Shown here piece after piece: positions 24,301 through 36,900 of a stretch of 64,000 nucleotides of DNA. Location of the stretch: the NCBI GenBank assembly GCA_965285935.1, contig OZ260663.1:78864001-78928000 (forward strand). Direction: 5' to 3'. The notes under the pieces are model-generated. The model was not told where the DNA came from. It did not search any database and was given only the letters and a program-made list of their open reading frames with translations. The stretch comes from Ophelia neglecta. Its lineage: Eukaryota. The translations under genes and the position numbers were made by a program. The number at the start of each line of letters is the position of its first letter. Position 1 is the first letter of the stretch.

Positions 24301-27300
24301 AGCAATTTACTTGAGCATAAAATATTCACAGATAAACATCTGTTTCATGAAAATGTTCAAAAAAAAGCCTGCCCAAAACTACTCATAAGAAGGGAACAGA
24401 TACCCCATCAAAATTATATGCAGCCACTAATTTTGCAAAACTGCAAATCTGTCAAACTCTTCAGGGGCCCTAGTACCTAGATTGCACTATAAACTTTTAC
24501 AATAGTTGGTCTTTCAGCTCAAAGATAAACACACACAAGGTTCAGTATTAAGCTCAAAGTAAAAGCCACAGCTTTACTTTCAAAAGGTTGGAGGCCCGCG
24601 GTCGGATGCTTTGGTTTTCCGAGCCAAAAAAATAAATGTGTTTCATTTTACATGGCCAAAATACTTGAGATAGATGACATAAGGTGTGGATTTTTTGTTT
24701 TTGACACTGTTGAATGTGTGAACCTAGTGAGCACTTGTAGACCAGTTTACTAAACGCCAGTCACCTGAAATTACTAAATCATTGACCAACTGCACTGGCG
24801 TTGTCTTCGACAGCCAAGAACAGCTTTGTTCAAGTTCTGTGATTAATTTCCTGCCAATTTTCTTTTTGGTGTTCACTTTTAAAATATATGTCCATAACTA
24901 CACAAGCGCTTAGAAAGATCCAAGTTTGTACAATGGAAGGCGATTTCTGAGAGAAATGCAGGAAAATATAATTTTCCACTCAATGGGGCCATAAAAAATG
25001 CCAGAGTCAGTTGAGAACCTGAAAAAAGGTCAATTTTTTGCTTTATGGCCAATCATCTGCAAGAACAATAAAATTTTTGTGACTTCTTAGTCTTTGTACA
25101 GTTTTAAGACCAATGATGTATGTGGATGCTTCTTCTTACTAGTGTATAAAAGGATGGGGGAGTTTTCATTAGTCTTTACATTTGAGGCTAGCAACATCTG
25201 ATTTACTAGAAGACATGAAGGAAGCAGAGTCCCAGGGCTTCTTCCAAGTTATTCTCATTTACATAAATCTTTGCCCTAGATAAACTTTAAAAAGCCTAGT
25301 TTAAGTGTGACATGTTTCACAAAATATATACCAGTTAAAGTCCAAACAAGTTATCAATAATATATTTGATATCAACAAATTTGCTATGTATGATGGAGTT
25401 GAGCTTCCTATGTTTGAGGCTTTATATCTGCATACTATAAATAGCCACCAAGTCCATTGTGTTATAAAGACTACATGTATAGTCGTGTTAATAAGAGAAT
25501 ATATTTTCTGCTTCATTGCTAATTGCATTGCCTTGTCTTATGCTTAGTCCTTGTTCTGGACTATTCTAACCAGACATTTACACCACTGTGTCCTTTCTCC
25601 CTTCAAAAACCAATCACTATTGATTGCTTGACAACCCAGCTTCATTTGACTCTAGATAAATGAGAGCTTTTTTCCCATTAATGTTCGTAGGTACTAAACA
25701 ATTTTTGAAAACTTGTATGTTATACATGTATGAGGCTTTCAAATTTTATACATAAATTTACATGTTTGAATTCAAATTTTTTAAGAATTATGCATTTTTT
25801 TCTGCACAGAAGCGAATAATCATGGCCCACCTTTTGCTCTGCAGTCCTTACAGATGAGCAGATCCTCTGGTTTCCCCTTGCGGTTGCAGATAGCCGAGAG
25901 GAGACAGTAGTCACAAATGGGAGCATCTTGGGGAATCAGGGCTGGAGTAGTAACCTTCACTTCCTCTTTACTCCCGGAGCTTTCCCGGCGAGACTTCTTG
26001 TGGAATGGGTACGACTCAAAGTCAGGCCCCAAACTCTTCTTTATTTTCTGAAAAATAAGGACTTGTTCAAAAGTCTTTGCTTCAACTGGCTCAGACAAGC
26101 CTAGACTAAAGGACTAATACCAAGAATTAAACTAGGGATAGTTAACCTGTATCATGGAAATTAGTTTAACACTAAATTATAAAGTTTAAAAGGCAATGTG
26201 TCTTTGAAAGGAACATGCCTTCAAGGCACGTAACTGCATGAGCCAATTTTTTATACTTCGGTACGTACCAACTCGCGGTTCCCAACCATGGGTAGAAGGA
26301 TAGGTATCTGCCGCTACCATGCTCAGTGGTGCGGTTGTGGATAGGCGACTGTGCTTTTGTTCGATTTTCAAAGTGACAGTAGAGAAACGTATACTATTAA
26401 CGAATCACTGACATGCTAGGAGCACCTTCAAACAGGTGATGTGTGCATAAATCTAAACAAGAACCAATCTTAATTGCTCTGTTTGGCCTTACGTCAATCC
26501 CATCACATGGGAAGAACCCGAGCAAACCATTGGCCTAAGCAAGAAATTTGGTATCTGAACCGGCCAATTTGACAGGTTTTCATAAATAGGGAGATGGTTA
26601 ACAATATTAAATTTGATAAATCAAATTTCATAAATAGTTATAGGGTGCCCCTTTCATTCTTGTGGTCTGCTCAAGTATTCCCTTCCGAGACTCTCATAGT
26701 ACAGCACCAATCAAATTGTCTTTGGATTTAATCGAAATAAAAGCGGAAATTGGACAAGGAAGACATATGTTAATTAAGTAACCAGCTACTCAGTTTGTAT
26801 AACATGATAGTTAGCACACCATGGTGTATTGACAACACCAAGTACATAAACACTTAAGGCTTTGTCTTAAGGCCACCCACTGCAGCAAGTCCATTAATCA
26901 GATCCACTTTGGCAAACATCTACGATTGTATAAGCTGGTAAAAACCAGGTTAGATAACCATGTACAATATACATGTATGTCCATGAGCTGTGTACAATAC
27001 TGACCGAATCCTCAATCAATAAACCTCAATACTTCAATCAACAGTACCATATGTAATAAACATTACCAGCAAGGTTGTATCCATCACTCAATTATCCAAA
27101 TTTATGTTTATTTAGATTGTTGCATGGGAATTTATCTACCAGAGTTCATTACAGCTCACACACAGGTGATACACAACAAGTACTCCGACATATCACCACA
27201 CAACAGGTACAGGCAGGCTCTCCTACAGTATACATGTATCATGTCATGACAGCTATATGGCTACAGCTGCTTTCATGTACCTTTGTGTATCAATAACTAC

Positions 27301-27909
27301 ATTACAGACTGCTAAAAAAGTATGAAACGGTATTACAAAATAAGAGACTAACTGCTCTTGAAGCTCTGCCTTCCATGCTGACCATGTGGTGAACCTCACT
27401 GACTGAAGAACTCAGGATTTCAGAACATTCACTAGAGTTTCTCACTGGAGTCTGGAAAACTATCAGAAATGACCATGGACGTTTTCGGGTGAGAAGCAAC
27501 AGTGTGCCATGCAGTGAATGTTGTCTGTCTGTGGACATCAGCGACCTCTCAAGACAGAGTAGGTTATCACCAGCTTTATGCAGCACTAGCTCTGGTAATA
27601 GCCCCAGTACATAAATGTTGTATTGATTTACCAACTCAATGGTGCTTTCATTTGTTTCACTTCATATAGAGGCTATCAATGTAGTAACATCAGACTGGGA
27701 GCATCCCCCTGGTGAATGACACAGTAATTACATGTGCTTGTCAGTTGAGCTACACGAGGTATATAAACATACTGCTATCATTTCTATGGCTATCAAACAT
27801 CCTGTGGTTGATGTTTTTTCAAATAGCCACAAGTAAATAAGTGTTCCTGAATCCATAATGGCCATCTTTATACTGTACAAGTAAACTAGACTACTGGACA
27901 TAGCTTGAT

Positions 27910-27946
<37 letters not shown>

Positions 27947-30900
27947 CTAACATAGAAATCTTAAACTGTACTGCCTCTAAATATAAAGCTGTGTGAATGA
28001 TAAAAGGCAAAGCAGAAATGACTATTCTTTAATACTGGATTTTCATTGTCTAAAAAATATGTAGGTGAGCTTTTAGTGGTAGTTACAAAAATAATTAAAT
28101 TAAGTTGAAATTGAAGTGCATGAATACAAAGAGTGTCAATTATTAGGGGCATTGCGTTTTGTTTTATTTATGGCAAATTTAGAGTTTGCATAAAAAATAA
28201 TTCCTCAAAGTATAATGATTAAAGGAGACTTCATGAATTTGTAAAATGGGTGGTGTAGACTTGGAGGAAAAGTTGTGGTAAAGATACTACTTGTATAAAA
28301 ACATATTATATGAGTAACGATTTAGTGAGCGCCAATAGGGAATTTCAAAATAACATTCCTCCTGAAAAAGGAAGAGTATGAATGGTGGAACACAATTTGA
28401 ATAAGAGGCAGCAGCAGCAGCCCCCACTGGCCCCCTAGCAACTAGCAATAACAGGCAGCAGCAGCTCACACTGGCCCCCCAGCAACAAGCAATAACAGGC
28501 AGGAGCAGCCCCCACAGGCCCCTAGCAACTAGCAATAACAGGCAGCAGCAGCTCACACTGGCCCCCCAGCAACAAGCAATAACAGGCAGCAGCAGCTCCC
28601 ACTGGCCCCCCAGCAACAAGCAATAACAGGCAGGAGCAGCTCCCACTGGCCCCCCAGCAACAAGCAATAACAGGCAGGAGCAGCCCCCACAGGCCCCCAG
28701 CAACCAGCAATAACAGGCAGCAGCAGCCCCCACTGGCCCCTAGCAACTAGCAATAACAGGCAGCAGCAGCTCCCACTGGCCCCCCAGCAACAAGCAATAA
28801 CAGGCAGGAGCAGCTCCCACTGGCCCCCCAGCAACAAGCAATAACAGGCAGGAGCAGCTCCCACTGGCCCCCCAGCAACAAGCAATAACAGGCAGGAGCA
28901 GCCCCCACAGGCCCCCAGCAACCAGCAATAACAGGCAGCAACAGCCCCCACTGGCCCCTAGCAACTAGCAATAACAGGCAGCAGCAGCCCCCACTGGCCC
29001 CCCAGCAACTAGCAATAACAGGCAGCAGCAGCTCCCACTGGCCCCCCAGCAACAAGCAATAACAGGCAGGAGCAGCTCCCACTGGCCCCCCAGCAACAAG
29101 CAATAACAGGCAGGAGCAGCCCCCACAGGCCCCCAGCAACCAGCAATAACAGGCAGCAGCAGCCCCCACTGGCCCCTAGCAACTAGCAATAACAGGCAAC
29201 AGCAGCTCCCACTGGCCCCCCAGCAACAAGCAATAACAGGCAGCAGCAGCCCCCACTGGCCCCCCAGCAACTAGCAATAACAGGCAGGAGCAGCCCCCAC
29301 TGGCCCCCCAGCAACAAGCAATAACAGGCAGCAACAGCCCCCACTAGCCCCCCAGCAACTAGCAATAACAAGCAGCAGCAGCCCCCACTGGCCCCCCAGC
29401 ATCCAGCAATAACAGGCAGCAGCAGCCCCCACTGGCCCCCCAGCAACAAGCAATAACAGGCAGCAGCAGCCCCACTGGCCCCCCAGCAACAAGCAATAAC
29501 AGGCAGCAGCAGCCCCCACTGGCCCCCAGCAATAACAGGCAGCAGCAGCCCCCACCGAACCCCCTAGCAAGTAGAAATAACAGGCAGGAGCAGCCCCCAC
29601 AGGGCCCCCTAGCAAGTAGCAATAACAGGCAGCAGCAGCCCCCACTGGCCCCCAGCAATAACAGGCAGCAGCAGCCCCCACCGAACCCCCTAGCAAGTAG
29701 AAATAACAGGCAGGAGCAGCCCCCACAGGGCCCCCCAGCGACTAGCAATAACAGGCAGGAGCAGCCCCCACTGGCCCCCCAGCAACAAGCAGTAACAGGC
29801 AGCAGCAGCCCCCACTGGCCTGCCCGGCTTTCCCATACTTTTACCTCAGACCAACTGTGGGGACAATTTCACATATTCACTAATTGAGTAAAACTCAATG
29901 CAATTAATACCTGCATGTTTCTTACACATTTTATAATGCAAAAATGAGTGTGTGGGCTACAACAGAAAAGCAGCCTTTTTAGGCAAGTGATTCTATTCTT
30001 TCAAGGACAAACATTGGCTGTCAACCGCAAATTAAGTTTTGGAACTCTATCCCTCTCAAACTCGATTTGCCAATTTATCTTCAGTCCAATAATCAATGTT
30101 ACAACTGTCCCATCTTAGTTGCCAATTTGCCTTGCCAATGGATAATGCTCAATAAAAAAAACCTTCAGCACTCCCTGTCCACTCTATGTAGTAGTGCAAG
30201 GCTAGTGGGTGTGGCAAAAATATTCATTGGCACTTATTGTCAGTTACATTGGCTGTTTTTTAAATAAAGATATAAATTTCATGAGTTATTTTAATATTTT
30301 TCAAATGAGTTTGTGTGTGCTTTTGTGTCAGACAACCATAGGAAGTTTTTCAACAATTTAAACAAAATTTAAATTTCTGCCAGTGTAATAAATCCTATGT
30401 ATTATATAGTTTGAAGTTGCTGTGACTTATTGCACCTGGTTAAGGGCTGGGAAATAATGCATCATTCGGTGGTGTTGTCTAATGATTTCTTTAAAAATCA
30501 TGTCTCAAATGTCAATAAAATATGGACCTTGTGGTAGTAATAACTCTTTCATGATCAGACATCAGACAAGTAATTACTTCAATGCACAATATACAAAGTA
30601 ATACCTCCTGTGTGCAAAGGTTATACCCCTATGTTGGCTGACAGGGTAATACATACATGTACCTCCTGTGTGGTGTTATCCCACAGGGTTACACCTCCGA
30701 TGTTATTTTATCTGACAGGGAAATACCTCCAGTGTGATCTTATCCTTGTATGTGATTTTTTCCCACAGGTTTATACATCCTATGTGATTTTATCCAACAA
30801 GGTGATATATGCTGTGTGACTTTACAACCTATATGACTTGCTGAAATTTGGCTCAAAATGTGAAATATTTCTCCATATAGGATAATGGAGCTCATGTGAT

Positions 30901-33900
30901 AATTATACCAGAAAAAAATCAGTGAATTTAATCAGCAAATTGAATGCTTTTTTCTCTCTGTGGTAATTTAAGGTATTTATTATAAAAGAAGTTGAAAATG
31001 GCCGATGAGAAGACTGTACGTCTGCCATTTTATTTAATATTCCCACTGCCATGGCAACTTAATGTTTTCAATGACTCTCAAAGTTAGTTAATTCATGGCC
31101 AAGACCAGGTTCTTCTTGCCCACCTAGAAGAACTTGGTATCTATCCCAATGATAACTGAATGCTGATTGGGCAGACAGGTTAACTCAGTATGATAGATAT
31201 TTCTTCTCTCAGCAGTTTCAGGGATAACTGGAATTTTCAGCTTCTGCACTGGTATTTGTAGTTCAAGCCAAATGCTTTATTTAAGGTTCAAGCAAAAATA
31301 TATATCAAAAAGTAATACATGTAATATATAACTTATAAGCTGTATTCTTCAATTACCCCTTTTCACATACACACGAATCTGTCAGTAAAAAAAATCATTT
31401 CACTTCATGTACTTTATTGCAAAACTTGCATTTATGCTAGAGCTCAAAGTTTTTGTGGCTTTTTGCTTCACATTAATTGTGCACATATTCCATAAATGGT
31501 CACCAAAATCTACCAGAACCAAGTGCTTGCAAACCACAAGATTCATCAACATTACATTGAAGAATATTATAACAATATTCTGTTACAAAACATTTAAACT
31601 CTTCATAGCAAAAGCATATACAAGCGCAACTCTGTCATGCTATGAATGCTACAGTAACAATCTTGTGTAATACTTCAATAGCATTTTATTTGCTACATTT
31701 AAACTGATTTGGGTATTTCTGACATGGCAGTGAACGGTGGGGTGCTTCATTCAATTTCTTTCCATTTTGGTTGAAAATCCCACCTTGAGAGAACAAATGT
31801 TCCTGTTTACAGACATTTTATTGGTCTGATTTTCTGACAATAAAAAAAAGGTTCCCAAATCTTGACGGTTTGGCTGCTGTCATTGTTAGATTACCTTCTG
31901 TACTTCCTTTTGTATTTTTGTGTGACTCATTAATTGTTTTAGCTGGTTTATCATTTATCACTTGCCTTGCAGACTTTCAAATGACACAACATTTGTCCTA
32001 GCCGGCTCCTCAGGGAAAACTTGTTTGCCCCACAAGGCTATAGATACTGTGCTAATTCTTGAAGGTAAACCACTGAACACGGAAGATGGCTCTAGTATGA
32101 TGTATCATATGGGGCATATTTTAAGCAAGGGACTGAGCAAACTGTGTTTTTATATATTTATGAAGCCTATCCAAACCTGGAACTTGTCTTAAAAAAAATA
32201 CTTAATATGCAGCAAACAAGGATTATTACTTTTTAAACCCCTAATTTCAAAATTGACAGATAATTCTTTTCATAAAGTAACTTTCTTCCTACCTACCTTC
32301 CCAAATAGTTTTGATCATTGCATTGCAAACATATTTTAAGTTTGTGAGCACCTGGGAAGTTATTCTTTACTCTTGGTATAACTACTTTTATTGTAATTAA
32401 TTAACAGTCTAATCCACAGTAATATCTAACAACTTGTAATAGAAACTACTGTAAGAGTGTAGATCTCCCGCCAGTCTGTGGTATCTAAAATGACCACTTC
32501 TCCATTGACTATCGAGATGGTACATTGAACAGTTATCTTTCAATTTTCCCCCAATTGTGCAAGGACAAATGGTTTCTACACATCAAGGGGTTGGAAAAGG
32601 CGGGGCAAACAATGCATGGAATAGGCATACATGTATGTGAACAAAAGCAAAAAAAAAACATTATTCAAGAAAATACCATATTCCAGTTAATCTAACAACA
32701 GTGGGCCACAGTGAAGGCACACTGGAGAGGTATAAGAAGCATTATTAACATGGCCACAGTACAAGTTTATCATGCCAAATTATTATCTGGATTTAATATG
32801 ACATCCTTTTGTGCTGAAGCTCTATATTAATTAAGGGAATCTCATTGTTGAGAGTTCAAACTGATCTGTATACAGTAATATAGTAGATTCCTTTCACTTT
32901 GTTCAATGATGAACTTTGTGACTAAGCAATCATGGAATGTAATGAAACCAACTCTACCTATAAACAACAATTTCAACTATTGATCACAATTAGCAAGGAA
33001 AATTGGTGGTTCCTTTGAAATTGATTACATGTACTTTTAAAAAGTGGTAAAAAGTGTTCATGTGGTTGCAAATAAATTCACAACAGTCACTATTTAATCT
33101 TCTCCTGATGCCACTGTACAATATATCATGGTTGTCTGCTATAATAGCATTCAGCCACAATACACCAAAAGTGGTCTGCGACTAGCAACAAGCTCCATTA
33201 TATTAGATGGCTAAATCAGCTGTACCATTGAAAACTAATTTTCCAGCCTGTATGGTTTTCCACAATGATATACTTTATGTATTAACAGAAGGTAAGGCTA
33301 AGAAAAACCAAGAAAAAGCTTCCAACTGCAATAGCAAAGACACCCCAAGGTTTTATTACTAAAAATTAGGTCTAGCAAAGACATACATTGACAATAGAGA
33401 AAGTCATTAGCTTTGCAGGGCAGAAAGCCAAAAAACCCATCGTAAAACATAAGAGAATTTTGCACAAAACTTGACACTTGCTTTGATTGTAAGCAGCTTG
33501 AAATGCCTTTTCTGAGTCTAGAGCATAGCTCATACAAATGTAATAAGTGTCTTGGCGTTAAAAGGACTGCCCTGCTATTATGGCCTTAGTGTTGACTCTG
33601 ATCGAGAAATGAGCATAGTCAGAATGGCAGAAACGATGGGTACACGGTACTGGTCAGATTTTAATTCTGCCATAGGAGCTTGCGGGCCAGGCATACGACG
33701 TGAATGAAGCCAACCACTGGGGCGTGGTGTTCATTTTAAGTGAAAAATGTGTGCCCATCAGCAAGGAGAGTTCCTTCAAAGCCTGCACAAATGTTTGACC
33801 CTGACTACTAAAGATATTCCTTGGCCAACAGTATTTCTTTCTCAGTGGCACACTAGGTCAGTCAGTTAAACTGCTGTAAAAAAACTTTGTGTTGGGACAA

Positions 33901-36900
33901 TTAAAATTGTTTGCATCTGCTGGAACAAACAAAGGCATAGTATTTGTTAACGAGTGAATGTTCTCTTTTTTTTTGCAATTTCAGTTGGCAACAAACTTTT
34001 TTTTGGCTTTGTTTATCCTTTTTTTTAGTTAGTGAGGTTATACAATTAATGAAAAATGTAAATTCAAACTATTTGACAGTTCTTATTTATTCTCATATGG
34101 TTTAACTGTTTCTCCTGGTGACTATAGTCAGTGAAGCGAACATTGAGATATTGGCAGATATGAAATACTTACTAATAAACAGTTTCTAGTGCTATTTCAA
34201 TTTTAATAGGCATGGATAGTCAGGCAAGGGCCAGACCATTGATGGTATTATTAGGTGCCACACCCATGATACATGGCAGAAATATTTATAGTTTGGGATT
34301 ATCTGCTCACATTAAGGAGTGGCATGTTGTAATTCTGACTGTGACCTAAAAGAACCTGGATTCCTTTAAGGAATAGCACTATACTTATGGGTCACTTTGT
34401 AAGTTTGTATAATATACACATATACATAGACAAAGTGGAGGATTGTTCAATGCAATAGCTTATCCTCTATTTACCATGTTATATATAAATAACTTCTTTA
34501 CTGTTTCTCCTTTTGATTTTGTCTCATTCATATCAACAGTCACACAAACACATCACCTAGAGCTTCTTTACTGATTGGTTTTTATCCTGTCTGACCTGTG
34601 AATTAAGACCACCCAAGGGACTGGCAATACTGGTCTGATTATTGAGGTAGGCTTCACTGTATTATGTATTATAAATATATATATACAGTGAAACCTGCCT
34701 TAAAGACCACCTCTATAATCAGACCACCTGTTAATTCAGACCACCAATATGAGGACCGTGATGTATCCTCTTTAAATGTTAAATAACCTGTCTAAACAGA
34801 CCACCTCTGACATCAGACCAGTGTTTTCCAGCCCCTTTGGTAATCTTAATTCCCAGGTTTCACTGTTTATATATCATTTTATAAGGGAAGCTTTCTCTGA
34901 TATAAAATTCACTGTTACAGACAATTTCTTTCATTCTAGAAAATTAATTGCCAATTATCGTAGCCTCAAATGGAAGTATCTGGGGTAACATATTTTAGCC
35001 CCTCCCACGCCACATGGGATACTATATATGCACTGCCCGCTGCAGATGCTTACACAAATAAAATTGCAAAATGCAATGTTGAATTTTCTCATTTGCCAGA
35101 CAACAGACTGACCACCAATAGGGAAAGATCTGATTTTATTTTTTGCGACCCAGAGGTTCCAAATTTTGACACCAGGCGGAGCTTTATTTTTGAAAATTGA
35201 TGTTTTTAGTCATATCTCAAACACTTCGATGGAATCAAATCAAACCAAAAGGAATAGTTGTTCCTAGATATTTGCATTGCTATGCATGGTTAACTTTCAA
35301 AGTAAAAAATTCTGCCATCAGAGGGAGCTTTAAGTAAAAAATATAGACCTTTTTCTTTATGTCACTCGAATCATTTATCTCAAGATTCATTTTGACATGC
35401 ATGAATGCCCTTTAATTTCCAAATTTTAATACCAGGGGCAGGTTTATTGTCAATTTTTTTCATTTCTTGCCATACATCAACCGTTTGATGGAATCATTTC
35501 AAACCAAAGACAATCAAGTGTTTGATTTGTATTGTCGTTCTTGGCTGACCATAAAGATCCAAATTCTGCCACCAGAGGGAGCCTTTTGGCAAATATCCCC
35601 AGGGGCATTCAGGGATATACCCTTTTCATTCATGAGCAAATGTGCATGCCTCATTTACTAATGCCTATACCCTGTACTTGCACACACACTAAAAGACTAA
35701 TTGTGTCATAACCTGTTTTATTTTCTTACACACATTACAAAAAGACAGCTTGGATGTATGTTTGTAAATAAAGGGAACAGACAGTAACTGATTCCAGCAA
35801 GCTGCCCCTTGAGACTCCCATTCATTGCTAACATCTATGTCAAAAGACTTTAACAGGTGAAAAGGAGAAATCTTAATATCCTCTTATCAAAGCAACCAAG
35901 CCCAAAACACAGTTTAGTATGGTATATATGCAAATAATTGAGTATGATATCCGTTCTTACTGTATCATAGGGTCATACGTGTCAAATGCCTTTGAGTTAA
36001 GTGCCATTAAATAAAAACTCTAAAGGATAGACTGCTACAATAGTGTGCGGTGGTTTGTGTTGGGATCACTGCAAAAGTCTTATCTGTGTAAATGCTTGAA
36101 GACCAGTGCCCCAGTTTTTACCAGGCTAATTGTGCTATTCATCAACAGAGTCACTGTCAATATTCATTATTCAGCTGGCTGTTAATTTTTGAGTTGCTGT
36201 CACTATTCGTCCCTGTAACTATGCACGCACTATTAAAACTGAACTGCATATCAATTACTTAAATCTACTCAACACAGATGGATCCCCAACATGAATAACG
36301 TATATTAAGTAACAGCATGTGCATCGGAAGGTGAAATTTAAGCAACATCACACTGTACATCAAGGCTAGAGCAACTTAATGTCTCTATCCGCCATCATAC
36401 TGCAGTACAGTATTAATCTACCTGTGTTTTGCAATGCGGCAGTCAGTGCTATACCATCGTATAGGTGAAACTGGTTGACATAATCAAGAATCATATTACT
36501 ACAGCTGTATTACTACTCACTAAAGGCTAGTGATTAAGTATTAGCAGACTAGTAAATAATGGAAGTAACCATGTTTTCTTAATCTTTCACAATTTCACAT
36601 AATATCATATTCAAAGAGAAAAGTACCGTATAGGTCCTAGCGTTTGGATGCCACAACAGTTACTGCTTGTAGCTAACAGATCCACTTGCTGCTCATACAT
36701 TTTACATATTTGTTTAGAGCAACAATATTGTCATCACTGTTTAAGTCTTTTTAAAATTTTAATTTTTGTAATTTGGGGACTTCTGCTAAATAAAAACAAC
36801 CAAAAATATACAGTTTACACTTAACAGGGTCCAAGGTTGTAGATGTGCAATGTATGCCACACGACACAGGACGGGCCAACAAACATGGTCATTGAACTTT

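Noticed and set aside
28287-29748. Cys-rich ORFs resembling keratin-associated proteins or metallothioneins
   Set aside because: They are translations of a 43-44-bp repeat that shifts frame every unit.
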